DNA of 63,068 nucleotides, filler included. It is 5 parts of 5 records of this genome, joined end to end, with 100 filler letters (N's around TTAATTAATTAA, not from the genome) between each part and the next. Parts side by side here need not be neighbours in the genome. Positions count along the whole stretch, not along the records: positions 45,163 to 55,728 come from SRR31156797_1835; positions 55,829 to 63,068 come from SRR31156797_1856; 3 more parts are not named here. The stretch is one strand, 5' to 3'. The notes below the pieces were generated by a model. It was given only the letters and a program-made list of their open reading frames with translations, was not told where the DNA came from and ran no database searches. The position numbers and the translations under genes are program-made. Position 1 is the first letter of the stretch. Each line of letters opens with the position of its first letter. This document shows, piece after piece, positions 49,650-58,698 of the stretch.

Positions 49650-51983
49650 ATGAAAAATTTCATGCGATTCATAGGACTGGTGATGTTGTTGACGATGACG
49701 GCATGTGGGGGCGGTTCGGATTCTTCTTCAGAAAGCGAACCGGCTATTCGATCCCTGGAAGTCGGTGAAACCCAGACGCAATTCATATCCACTGAAGGGG
49801 AAGTGGACACCTATCAGATCCGGGCGGCCGAAGCCAACCGCTTTTTGCATCTTCACTGTGGGGAGAAAATGTCGGGGTCCAATGTGGATCTGTTGGTCAC
49901 GGTGTTTGAAGAAACCGACGGACAACGAAGGCGTCTTTTTGGAAAGCATAAGCCGGACGGTGCCACACTGGGTGCAGACCTGGACCTTTGGATTTATATC
50001 GATTCTCCCAAAGATCTTGTCATCACCGTTCGCGACCTCCTAGATGACGATGCATCGGAAGAAATTCCTTATTATCTGCGGGCAACATTTGAAGATTCGG
50101 CGGAAGGCAACCACAATTTTTCCAATGCTTCTCCGATCACCGTGGGAGAACCGGCCATCAGCGACGCCATCGATGAGATCGGCGAGGTGGACTGTTTTAC
50201 CTTTGACGTCTCTGCGAACGGGGTGTTTGGCATCGATGTAGATCATTATAAGCCCATGGGGGGAACACCGGTACAACTGGCCATCTCTTTGTATGATCAC
50301 AATGGCAACCTGATAAAACGAATCGCCGATCCCTACGACATCCTCCTCTCTTACCTGATTCCTGAAAACGGCCCCTATTTCATCATCATCGAAGACAATG
50401 ACAGTTTAAACGGCGATAGGGGTGCACCTTATGAAATCGGCATTGAAACCGTTGCCGTTGAAGAGGCATTTGAAAATGACACGATTGATGATTCCTTCCT
50501 GTTGACAACCGATTCTCTGGGCGCTTTTGTGGCGACCGGGGCCATCGATTATGGCAGCTCGGGTATTTCTCCCGATTACACGGGTGACATGGACTGGTAC
50601 AGGTTGACGTTGGGCAACGTTGGAGGAGATACGACCTACCATCAGGTTCGAATGACGATCGACAATGGAGAGACCGTAAAAGGTACCGCACCGCTTCGAA
50701 TCGTAGTATATGATGCAGACATTGACGTTGTTACAGCGCACGATTTTACCGCCGGTGGCGATGCCTATCAAAACCAATTCAGAACACGGAATGGAGAATA
50801 CTATATTGCAGTGGCACCAGCCAACGCCAAGCGGTTGGACAGCAGTACGACATACCAGGTGACATTGGAAGAGACAGATTTGAACGATGACGCGGAAACC
50901 ACCGACAATAACACCGCTAACAGCGCAATCGACTTGACCGCCGGAATCCCCGTGGAGGGACTGATCAGTTATCATTCAGACGTAGATTGGTATGGCCTTG
51001 AAGTGGATACAACAATGCCGCAGGTTCTTTCCGTAACACTGACCGCCGAGTCCTCCATCGTAGATTATCAACTGACCCTGTGGAGGGGTGATCAGATGAT
51101 CAAAAAAATAACAGATATGGACGGCAGTGACGGCTTGACCCATCTGAAGACATCCATCCTGGTTCCCGAAGATCGTTTCGAGGCGACAGCCACCTACCAT
51201 TTCAAGGTCTGTGATGCGCAGAATAACGAAGGCAGCGACGTACCCTACACGATTGCCGCCGACAGCCTCCCCGTGGCCGGTGATCCGGGAGATATTCCGG
51301 CAACGTCCGGCCAGGTTTTAATTTATTACAGCGAAACTGATACGGAAGCCAATGAGACCGATGAGGTCGAGTTGGAAATTTTTTCCAATCTTCAGCCTAC
51401 ATTCAAAGCCAATAGCTCCTGGCTCGACTTCCGGGATTCTTTGGCCGAGGGGGTTTTACGAACCGAGCCGGGTGACGGGACCACTGTAATTACCTTTCCG
51501 TGGATCAACGGGTATGTGGACTATCAGGACGACCGGGATTTTTTTCAAATCGATTTGGGGAAATTGGACCCGAATGGAGCGGAAACATCCTGGTATTACG
51601 ATGTCGAGATCCGTCTTGTCGTTCCCTCTCCCGGCAGCGAAACGGAGTATGTGTGGAAATTGTACCGGGACAGCAACCGGAATGCCATCCTCATGGATGA
51701 TCCCACATCCCAGGACGGTTACAAAGCCTGTGCAGGAGACACCACCCCCCTTGTCATGGATACCATGGATCTAACGACGCCTTCAGGTGAGGATACTTTT
51801 TGGATCGGCAGCGAATGGGGAGAGGATGCGAATTTTTATATTGGAATAAGTGATTTCAATTATTTACAATTACCAGATTCGAATTCGCTCAACAATGAAC
51901 CGGACAACGATTGGGGATATGATGCGCCGTATTATTTTACCATCACATTGACGTATCATCCAGGACAACCCCAACCTGAGTAA
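49650..51983 (+). CDS. Large acidic lipoprotein with repeated PPC-like beta-sandwich domains
   Basis: Probable start MKNF at 49650; lipobox MTAC; repeated E/D-V-D-x-Y/F motifs (EVDTY, EVDCF, DMDWY, DVDWY, DRDFF). Confidence 0.75.
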   Translation: MKNFMRFIGLVMLLTMTACGGGSDSSSESEPAIRSLEVGETQTQFISTEGEVDTYQIRAAEANRFLHLHCGEKMSGSNVDLLVTVFEETDGQRRRLFGKHKPDGATLGADLDLWIYIDSPKDLVITVRDLLDDDASEEIPYYLRATFEDSAEGNHNFSNASPITVGEPAISDAIDEIGEVDCFTFDVSANGVFGIDVDHYKPMGGTPVQLAISLYDHNGNLIKRIADPYDILLSYLIPENGPYFIIIEDNDSLNGDRGAPYEIGIETVAVEEAFENDTIDDSFLLTTDSLGAFVATGAIDYGSSGISPDYTGDMDWYRLTLGNVGGDTTYHQVRMTIDNGETVKGTAPLRIVVYDADIDVVTAHDFTAGGDAYQNQFRTRNGEYYIAVAPANAKRLDSSTTYQVTLEETDLNDDAETTDNNTANSAIDLTAGIPVEGLISYHSDVDWYGLEVDTTMPQVLSVTLTAESSIVDYQLTLWRGDQMIKKITDMDGSDGLTHLKTSILVPEDRFEATATYHFKVCDAQNNEGSDVPYTIAADSLPVAGDPGDIPATSGQVLIYYSETDTEANETDEVELEIFSNLQPTFKANSSWLDFRDSLAEGVLRTEPGDGTTVITFPWINGYVDYQDDRDFFQIDLGKLDPNGAETSWYYDVEIRLVVPSPGSETEYVWKLYRDSNRNAILMDDPTSQDGYKACAGDTTPLVMDTMDLTTPSGEDTFWIGSEWGEDANFYIGISDFNYLQLPDSNSLNNEPDNDWGYDAPYYFTITLTYHPGQPQPE

Positions 51984-52006
51984 AAAGGGCTCTTTTCACA
52001 ATAACC

Positions 52007-52036
52007 GGCTCCCCCGTCGCAGATGACGGGGGAGTC
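52007..52036 (+). terminator. GC-rich stem-loop closing the lipoprotein operon
   Basis: GGCTCCCCCGTC / GACGGGGGAGTC; no clear U-tract. Confidence 0.55.
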
Positions 52037-52107
52037 GTCCCAAGGTTTCGCAAGAAAAAAACAGCCTGACATTTGACATCACTAACCATATCTGCAATGG
52101 TCCGGAC

Positions 52108-52725
52108 ATGACGGATCTCCTTGAAATAGAAGTAAAATTTTTCATCAAGGATTGTGACGCACTCAGGGAAAGAATTCAACACCTCGGCCTGACCCTGGAG
52201 AACCCGCGCACATTTGAGTACAACGCTCGATACGATACGCAAGACAAACGGTTGCTCAAAAGCCGGTGTCTGCTTCGATTGAGAAAGGATTCTTCCGTCA
52301 TCCTCACTTTTAAATCACCACCGACCACCGAGGACAGCCAGTATAAAATTTATAGAGAGCAGGAAGTGAATGTCAGCGATTTCGGCACCATGGAAGCGAT
52401 CTTGGAAGCACTTGGATACCGCCGTTATCAGGTTTACGAAAAATGGCGGGAAACCTGGAAAGCGGAAGGGCTCCTACTTTGCATCGACACTATGCCTTTC
52501 GGAATGTTTCTGGAAATTGAAGGTGCACCGGATTCCATCGGGCGGATGGCTGAAGACCTCGGGTTTAATTGGGAGGGACGTATACTGCCAAGTTACATGG
52601 AGATATTCGAAGTTCTAAAAAAGAGGGAAACGCTCTCATTTACAGACGTCACCTTCGATAATTTTGAAGGCATCAGTATCTCTTTTGAACGATACTTACC
52701 CTGCTTTGAAGCAGGCCCGGCATAA
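52108..52725 (+). CDS. CYTH-domain protein (class IV adenylate cyclase / triphosphate tunnel family)
   Basis: EIEVKF, LLRLR, LTFK, YEKWRE, FLEIEG. Confidence 0.9.
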   Translation: MTDLLEIEVKFFIKDCDALRERIQHLGLTLENPRTFEYNARYDTQDKRLLKSRCLLRLRKDSSVILTFKSPPTTEDSQYKIYREQEVNVSDFGTMEAILEALGYRRYQVYEKWRETWKAEGLLLCIDTMPFGMFLEIEGAPDSIGRMAEDLGFNWEGRILPSYMEIFEVLKKRETLSFTDVTFDNFEGISISFERYLPCFEAGPA

Positions 52726-52789
52726 ACCGCGACAGTAACGTGCAGACCACCCAAAACACCACAATCCCTCCCCAGTGAAGCCATCTCTT

Positions 52790-53785
52790 TTAATCGGATA
52801 AAGGCAAGGTAACCGAGTAGACTTTCTGCGTAATTTTCTGGCCGGAACCATCGTATACATAGACCGTTGTCGTTGTATAGATGGAAGGGTTCTCTATGCC
52901 TTCCGCAGTGACCGTCACATCTAAAAACCTGGATATCTTGAATCGTTTTCCCTGCTTTCCGGACGGCTCACCGTCTATTAGTTCCACGCGGGGCATGGCA
53001 ACCCATTGATCGGGTCCGGATTCATCAGGTTTGAATACAATCAAGCTCCTTCCCTGCACCGGTGACGAAGGGGGGCCGGTATTTTTTATTCGATAGCGTG
53101 CTGTTAATACCTTATCTGTTTCATTGAACGAAACCTTCAGCGTATTCCCCAAGGCAATGACGGGAACCTCAAGTGTACTATTGTCCGCAGTTGGGATGCC
53201 CACAGGCGCTTTCTGGGGATACGCCGTTACCGTCACCTCTGGTTGACCGGTCTCTTTCTCCATCGGCGGCTGTGCTTCCAGATCTTTTTGCGGTTTGATC
53301 TGATTGTCGTCGTAGACCGCTGGGGATGGGGCCGCCAGAGCGCTGTCCGCCTTTTCAGGCGGTTCAGCTGAGAGGGGTTCCACCTGTCGATCTTCCGGTT
53401 CAGCCGAAAGGGGTGCCTCTTGTCGGTCTTCCGGTTCAGCGGGAACCGTTTCCACCTGTCGGTCTTCCGGTTTAGCGGAGACGGGCTCCATCCGTTGAAC
53501 ATCCGTTTCAGCTTTATTTTTCGGCTCAACCGGAGGAGATTTTCTTGATTCAAGATCTATCCGGCACAGGACCAACTGATTTTCGGCTTCCAAAAGCTCC
53601 TTTTTTGTTTCCTCAAGCCGGACGCTCTTTGAAACCAGCCACCAGCCCAATCCGGCACAAACCAATCCGAGAAGGATAAACAGGACAACGAAGGTCAACA
53701 CCAAACCTTTTATGCGCCGAAAGGGAATGATATGCCCGTCATCAGCCATCAGCAGAAGCTGCCATCTTGAACCGGGTGATGTCAT
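52790..53785 (-). CDS. Membrane-anchored hypothetical protein with Pro/Glu-rich repeat linker
   Basis: Single N-terminal TM, short coiled coil, 12-aa repeats, beta-rich C-terminal domain. Confidence 0.75.
   Translation of the reverse strand: MTSPGSRWQLLLMADDGHIIPFRRIKGLVLTFVVLFILLGLVCAGLGWWLVSKSVRLEETKKELLEAENQLVLCRIDLESRKSPPVEPKNKAETDVQRMEPVSAKPEDRQVETVPAEPEDRQEAPLSAEPEDRQVEPLSAEPPEKADSALAAPSPAVYDDNQIKPQKDLEAQPPMEKETGQPEVTVTAYPQKAPVGIPTADNSTLEVPVIALGNTLKVSFNETDKVLTARYRIKNTGPPSSPVQGRSLIVFKPDESGPDQWVAMPRVELIDGEPSGKQGKRFKISRFLDVTVTAEGIENPSIYTTTTVYVYDGSGQKITQKVYSVTLPLSD
53361..53479 (-). repeat. In-frame 36-bp tandem repeat (about 3.3 copies)
   Basis: GGTT(C/T)AGC recurs at 53361, 53397, 53433 and 53469; encodes xA(E/K)PEDRQxxxx. 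Confidence 0.85.
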
Positions 53786-53863
53786 CGTTATCGAATTTCC
53801 TCCTTTTTACACGCCATCAATAATCCTGGCCTGTTTAAATGGGCGGGCATCGGGCACCCGGGT

Positions 53864-54661
53864 TTACAAGACTCGTACGCAGACCCTTCGTCCCTTCCCT
53901 GTTTGCAAAACCTGCTGGGCATTGCCACAATTCACGGATATCTCTAAAAAATTCCGGCTGCCAACGATGGCCAGAGGGGCCCCGATCGCGGCTTGATCGT
54001 AGGTACCCGTCAACCCTTCGATGGATTCTCCATCCAACTCGACAACAAGGCGGCCATCACTTGACGGCTGCGCCAACCGCTCAACCGCCTCCTCACTGAT
54101 ATTGGTCATCAAATTGCCAAACCGATCCACTGCTACGACAACACCCTCAATGCAGGTATCCGACAAGAAGCGACACTGCGGGACGACACCGGTTACAAGA
54201 TCGGATCGATTGACGGAAGGTCCAAGATCGGCAAATGAAACCCCATTGGCAAGATGAGCGGCAACGGGAGCAAAAATATCACGGCCGTGAAAAGTGCGGC
54301 TGACCTTTTCTAAAAAAAATCGTGGATTGGTCAGGTGAACCACTTCAGGAGCCACCCGCCCATTGAGGATGAGTTCCAGAATACCGTTGTCCGGTGCAAT
54401 AAAAAAATGGCCGTTACAGGCAGCGGAAAGGATACGACGATCCCCTCCCACCCCTGGATCCACGACAGCCACATGAATCGATCCTGCCGGGAAGTAGGTG
54501 TAGGAGGCACCTAACAGAAACGCTCCGTGAACAATATCCTGCGGATCGATCTGGTGGCTGATGTCCACGACGGGTGTCCCGGGACTGATCGCGGCAATCA
54601 CGCCTTTCATAACGCCCACATATTCATCCTGAAGCCCGAAGTCGGTAAGCAGGGTTATCAT
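53864..54661 (-). CDS. DUF62 SAM hydroxide adenosyltransferase (SAM-dependent chlorinase/fluorinase family)
   Basis: ITLLTDFG, VVDPGVG, APDNG, SRTFHGRDIFAP, DRFGN. Confidence 0.93.
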   Translation of the reverse strand: MITLLTDFGLQDEYVGVMKGVIAAISPGTPVVDISHQIDPQDIVHGAFLLGASYTYFPAGSIHVAVVDPGVGGDRRILSAACNGHFFIAPDNGILELILNGRVAPEVVHLTNPRFFLEKVSRTFHGRDIFAPVAAHLANGVSFADLGPSVNRSDLVTGVVPQCRFLSDTCIEGVVVAVDRFGNLMTNISEEAVERLAQPSSDGRLVVELDGESIEGLTGTYDQAAIGAPLAIVGSRNFLEISVNCGNAQQVLQTGKGRRVCVRVL

Positions 54662-54662
54662 A

Positions 54663-55703
54663 TCAGAAGAGTTTTTGTTGTACGGTCAATCCCAAATGCC
54701 GATAGGCTTCATCCGAAACCCGACGGCCGGAAGAAGTCCGAATCGCCAAGCCGATCTTTAGCAGGTATGGCTCCACCACATCCACCAACGTATCTGATTC
54801 TTCCTGAAGTGTAGCGGAAATGGCTTCGATTCCCACCGGGCCACCTTTGTAAAAATCAACGATGGTTTTCAGGTATCTTCGGTCCAACCGGGTAAGCCCC
54901 TTTTCATCCACCCCCTCAAGGGCCAAGGCCGCTTCTACGGTGGGTTTGGAGATACTCCCGTCACCGCGTACCTGCGCATAATCACGGACCCTTTTCAACA
55001 GCCGATTCACGATCCTCGGTGTTCCTCTGGATCGTTTGGCCAGCTCTAAAGCGCCGGTTTCATCAATGGCGACATCCAGCAAGGCGGCCGACCTGGTTGT
55101 AATGCTCACCAGATCCGTGAGGTCATAAAAATCGAGGCTTCGAAAAATACCAAAACGATCACGCAACGGAGCCGACAACAACCCCACCCGCGTGGTCGCT
55201 CCTACCAGGGTAAACCGCTTCAACCGGTATCGATGACTGCGTGCATGAATCCCTTTGTCGAAAACAAAGTCTACGGCAAAATCTTCCATGGCCGGATAGA
55301 GGAATTCTTCAACCGCTTTAGGCGTCCTGTGGATTTCGTCCACAAAAAGGACGTCCCCTTCCCCCAGGTGTGTTAGGATTCCGAGAAGATCTCCTCCTTT
55401 TTCCAGCGCAGGTCCCGAGGTAACCGTCAAGGTTCCGCCCATTTCATTGGCAATAATATGTGCCAGGGTCGTCTTCCCCAATCCGGGTGGCCCGTGAAAA
55501 ATAATGTGCTCCAGCGGTTCCGATCTGAGTTTTGCCGCTTCGATGGCGATTTTTAACGTTTCCACCGCTTCCTTCTGCCCCACATACTCGTGCAGCCGGT
55601 CCGGCCGAAGGGAAAGGATATCCGGTTCCCGGTCATCGGGCTGAAGAGAGCCTTCGACAATGGCCGTCTCCCCCGAACGATGTGTTAGGATTTGGTCCGG
55701 CAT
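54663..55703 (-). CDS. ruvB: Holliday junction branch migration helicase RuvB
   Basis: [37 protein letters not shown]. Confidence 0.97.
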   Translation of the reverse strand: MPDQILTHRSGETAIVEGSLQPDDREPDILSLRPDRLHEYVGQKEAVETLKIAIEAAKLRSEPLEHIIFHGPPGLGKTTLAHIIANEMGGTLTVTSGPALEKGGDLLGILTHLGEGDVLFVDEIHRTPKAVEEFLYPAMEDFAVDFVFDKGIHARSHRYRLKRFTLVGATTRVGLLSAPLRDRFGIFRSLDFYDLTDLVSITTRSAALLDVAIDETGALELAKRSRGTPRIVNRLLKRVRDYAQVRGDGSISKPTVEAALALEGVDEKGLTRLDRRYLKTIVDFYKGGPVGIEAISATLQEESDTLVDVVEPYLLKIGLAIRTSSGRRVSDEAYRHLGLTVQQKLF

Positions 55704-55728
55704 TTTAATCGCCTCAAATTCATATCAA

Positions 55729-55828
55729 NNNNNNNNNNNNNNNNNNNNNNNNNNNNNNNNNNNNNNNNNNNNTTAATTAATTAANNNNNNNNNNNNNNNN
55801 NNNNNNNNNNNNNNNNNNNNNNNNNNNN
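55729..55828. other. Artificial contig linker
   Basis: N-run, TTAATTAATTAA, N-run; GC drops afterwards. Confidence 0.98.
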
Positions 55829-55829
55829 T

Positions 55830-56138
55830 CCAAGAGTATTAGATGCAGGTCAGTGTAATGATTCTTACTCTTTAGCAGTAACTGCATTAAAATTAAAAGA
55901 GGTATTTGAATTAGAAGATATCAACGATTTACCAATAGTTTACAATATTGCCTGGTATGAGCAAAAAGCAGTTATTGTATTGTTAGCCTTATTACATCTA
56001 GGGGTTAAAAACATCAACCTTGGACCAACTTTACCTGCTTTCTTATCTCCAAATGTGGCAAAAATTTTAATTGAAACCTTTAATATTGGTGGCATCTCAA
56101 CGGTTAAAGAGGATATTGATAAAATGATTTTAGCATAA
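55830..56138 (+). CDS. hcp: Hybrid cluster protein (hydroxylamine reductase), C-terminal fragment not in the ORF track
   Basis: Hand translation [14 protein letters not shown]...IAWYEQKAV...[13 protein letters not shown]. Confidence 0.95.
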   Translation, partial: PRVLDAGQCNDSYSLAVTALKLKEVFELEDINDLPIVYNIAWYEQKAVIVLLALLHLGVKNINLGPTLPAFLSPNVAKILIETFNIGGISTVKEDIDKMILA

Positions 56139-56220
56139 TGCTCAGATATATTAAATATTGAAGTTTTAACTACAACTAAATATTTTTAAGCAAGGATCGT
56201 ATGATCCACCTTTTTGTTCT

Positions 56221-56256
56221 CCCCTGCTGTTTATTCAGTGGGGGTTTTTATTTTTG
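56221..56256 (+). terminator. Terminator after hcp, overlapping a Bacteroidota -7 element for the next gene
   Basis: CCCCTGCTG / CAGTGGGGG stem plus T-tract; TATTTTTG (TAnnTTTG) at 56249-56256. Confidence 0.6.
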
Positions 56257-56260
56257 TAAA

Positions 56261-56797
56261 ATGAAAAACAAAAATGGTTTCCAAACGGTACAATCTAAAA
56301 TTACCTTTCTAAGAATGGAGAAACAGCCTTCCTTATCTCCCGATACTAAAAATGATTGTTCTATTATTGAATTCCCCAAACCTATTGGTTACAAAAAGTA
56401 CATATCCATGTACAAACAAGTTGGAGAACATTTAAACTGGCTCGATCGACTGCTTATGGATAATTCTGAATTATATAAAAAGATAAATGACAATTCTACT
56501 CATATATACCAATTCTTTATTCAAGCTGAATTCGCAGGATATTGTGAATTAGTTCAGGAAAAAGACTTTATTAAAATATTATATTTTGGTTTGACTCCTG
56601 CATATACAGGAAAAGGATATGGAAAGAACTTTTTGAACAGAACCATAGAAAAAGCATGGAGTTTCAACCCTCGATGGATTCAATTGAATACTTGTGACCT
56701 TGATCATCCCAATGCGCTCAATACCTATTTAAAAGCCGGATTTAAAATTTACAAAACACGTATCGAAAGTAAATATATTCACATGCCAACTACTTAA
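56261..56797 (+). CDS. GNAT-family N-acetyltransferase
   Basis: YFGLTPAYTGKGYG acetyl-CoA motif, TCDLDHPNALNTYLKAGF; the track's start at 56201 runs through the terminator, so 56261 is preferred. Confidence 0.88.
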   Translation: MKNKNGFQTVQSKITFLRMEKQPSLSPDTKNDCSIIEFPKPIGYKKYISMYKQVGEHLNWLDRLLMDNSELYKKINDNSTHIYQFFIQAEFAGYCELVQEKDFIKILYFGLTPAYTGKGYGKNFLNRTIEKAWSFNPRWIQLNTCDLDHPNALNTYLKAGFKIYKTRIESKYIHMPTT

Positions 56798-56802
56798 TTA
56801 GA

Positions 56803-58293
56803 TTAAGCTCCTTTAAAAAACATCATCTGGCTTCCTAAAGACACAGCCTGTTCTGACAAAATATGTGAGCTCTCATTTAATTGTTCCGACACATGCGTAT
56901 TGTTCTGAATACTATCATTTAATAATCTCAAAGCTGAATTCACATTAAGAACACCCTCACTTTGCTCCATACAGTTAATACTAATTTCTTTGGTAAGTCT
57001 GGTAGCTCCTTCAATATGCGGCATGGTCATATTTATTTCACTACTCATTTTTTCAGATAACTTAAAATTGGTACTTGCTGCGTCCAAAATTTCACGAGCC
57101 GCATCATTACTTTGGTCAGCTAGCTTTCTCACTTCCTGAGCTACAACTGCAAATCCTTTGCCGTGACTTCCAGCCCTTGCAGCCTCAACTGATGCATTTA
57201 ATGCCAGTATATTTGTTTGGCGCGCCATAGAAGCAACCAATTGAATCTTATCCATTATATGCTTGGTGGCTTCAAATGTTTTGTTCGATAATAACGTTAT
57301 CTGATGCATTCTTTCATTCACTTGTATACTTTCGCGTTCTGTTGTCACCGCATTTTCAGCATTGTCTTTTATCGCCCTTCCTATTTCTTCCATGGTTGAA
57401 TAAATTTCCTGCATATTAGCAGCTTGCTCATGGATAGAACACGATATATGCTGCGAAATTTGATTTAATTCTTCACCTGTCTTTCGAATATTGTCATTAC
57501 CTGAACGAATTGAAACCACAATACCCTTTATTTTCTCTTTCATTGCCTGAAGTGATTGGCTTAGAATACCCATTTCGTTATTTTCCTTACTTTGGATATG
57601 AATATCTAAATTACCTTTAGATAGGGAATGGGTAAAATCAATATTATTAAAAATGGGTAATAATACGCTTCTAGAAATAACAAAGGACATACTAAGTATG
57701 AACAGAATGGCCAAAGCACACACCATTAAAATATTAAATTTAAATTCCTTATTACGTAGTTGTAACTGATGATCTATCACAGTTCCTCTTTCTTTTAGTA
57801 AGTTTTGCACCATCTGGATATTATTCTGAAGACTCTGCCAGCTTTTATACTGTTGTTCCAATTGCTTTTTACGATCAATTATTTTATCCTCCTCCAGTTG
57901 GCTATAAGCATTCTTTCTGGAATGAAGAAAATGATGTTCCATCTTTATCTTTTCAAGCATGGGTGGTAATGAAGGAATTAAAGTCTTCAGGTATTCATTC
58001 TCTTGGCTATGTACCCATTTATAAATGGCACTATTTGCTTCATCATTTATATAAGATTGATCATGTGTAGCAAAATAAGATAACCATTGTTGCATTTCTT
58101 CGGAATTACTAAGCTGAAGCTTTGCCTGCTGGCCATATAAATATTGATTAAGACCTACATGCTGTTCAAAATCACCAAACTTTATAAAAACATAAGCTAT
58201 TAGAATAAATAAAAACAAGGTTATAGAACCAAAAATCAATGAAAACTTATAATCGAGTTTTAAACTCCGCCACTTTAGCAACAACCTTTGCAT
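56803..58293 (-). CDS. Methyl-accepting chemotaxis protein
   Basis: Two [23 protein letters not shown]...[13 protein letters not shown]. Confidence 0.95.
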   Translation of the reverse strand: MQRLLLKWRSLKLDYKFSLIFGSITLFLFILIAYVFIKFGDFEQHVGLNQYLYGQQAKLQLSNSEEMQQWLSYFATHDQSYINDEANSAIYKWVHSQENEYLKTLIPSLPPMLEKIKMEHHFLHSRKNAYSQLEEDKIIDRKKQLEQQYKSWQSLQNNIQMVQNLLKERGTVIDHQLQLRNKEFKFNILMVCALAILFILSMSFVISRSVLLPIFNNIDFTHSLSKGNLDIHIQSKENNEMGILSQSLQAMKEKIKGIVVSIRSGNDNIRKTGEELNQISQHISCSIHEQAANMQEIYSTMEEIGRAIKDNAENAVTTERESIQVNERMHQITLLSNKTFEATKHIMDKIQLVASMARQTNILALNASVEAARAGSHGKGFAVVAQEVRKLADQSNDAAREILDAASTNFKLSEKMSSEINMTMPHIEGATRLTKEISINCMEQSEGVLNVNSALRLLNDSIQNNTHVSEQLNESSHILSEQAVSLGSQMMFFKGA

Positions 58294-58621
58294 CCTTTGT
58301 TATTTTTTAATTAGACCCCTTCTTTTTAATCTGCAACAAAGAAAAAAATACCCTTACTCAGATACAATCCCTAAAATTAATGATCTAAAGCCCTTTCAAT
58401 CTATAAAACAAGTAATTCTAACTTTTACAACCTATTACTTGAACAAGTATAGCTTTTTCGTACACTTGGGAAATAAAACATTGATTTATTATACTTTACA
58501 GCATAATGATATCATCACTATTTTTAAGCAATTTATTACTTTATTAATAAGATCAAGTTCATATATCAGACTATATTTCTGCACTTTACATGCTTCCAAA
58601 TTCAATCCCCAATTAATTGGG

Positions 58622-58653
58622 ATTGTTCCGCAGATCCTCTCCATATACTTTTG
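58622..58653 (+). promoter_or_regulatory. Putative Bacteroidota sigma-A promoter for feoAB
   Basis: TACTTTTG (TAnnTTTG) at 58646-58653 with ATTG 20 nt upstream. Confidence 0.45.
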
Positions 58654-58698
58654 TAGCATTCAACACTTATTTAGTAGTTAGGGGACAATTTAAAAGAT

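Noticed and set aside
52108-52725. CYTH protein as the cAMP source for the cNMP-HDOD protein
   Set aside because: The two genes are on different contigs, and most CYTH proteins are triphosphatases rather than cyclases.
53361-53479. CRISPR array
   Set aside because: In-frame coding tandem repeat with no unique spacers and no cas genes.
53864-54661. True fluorinase or chlorinase
   Set aside because: Housekeeping context beside ruvB and the TFHGRD motif fit the widespread DUF62 SAM hydrolases; no halometabolite genes are adjacent.
58439-58681. 80-aa ORF between the MCP and feoB
   Set aside because: TTG start, no motifs, and it overlaps the likely promoter region.
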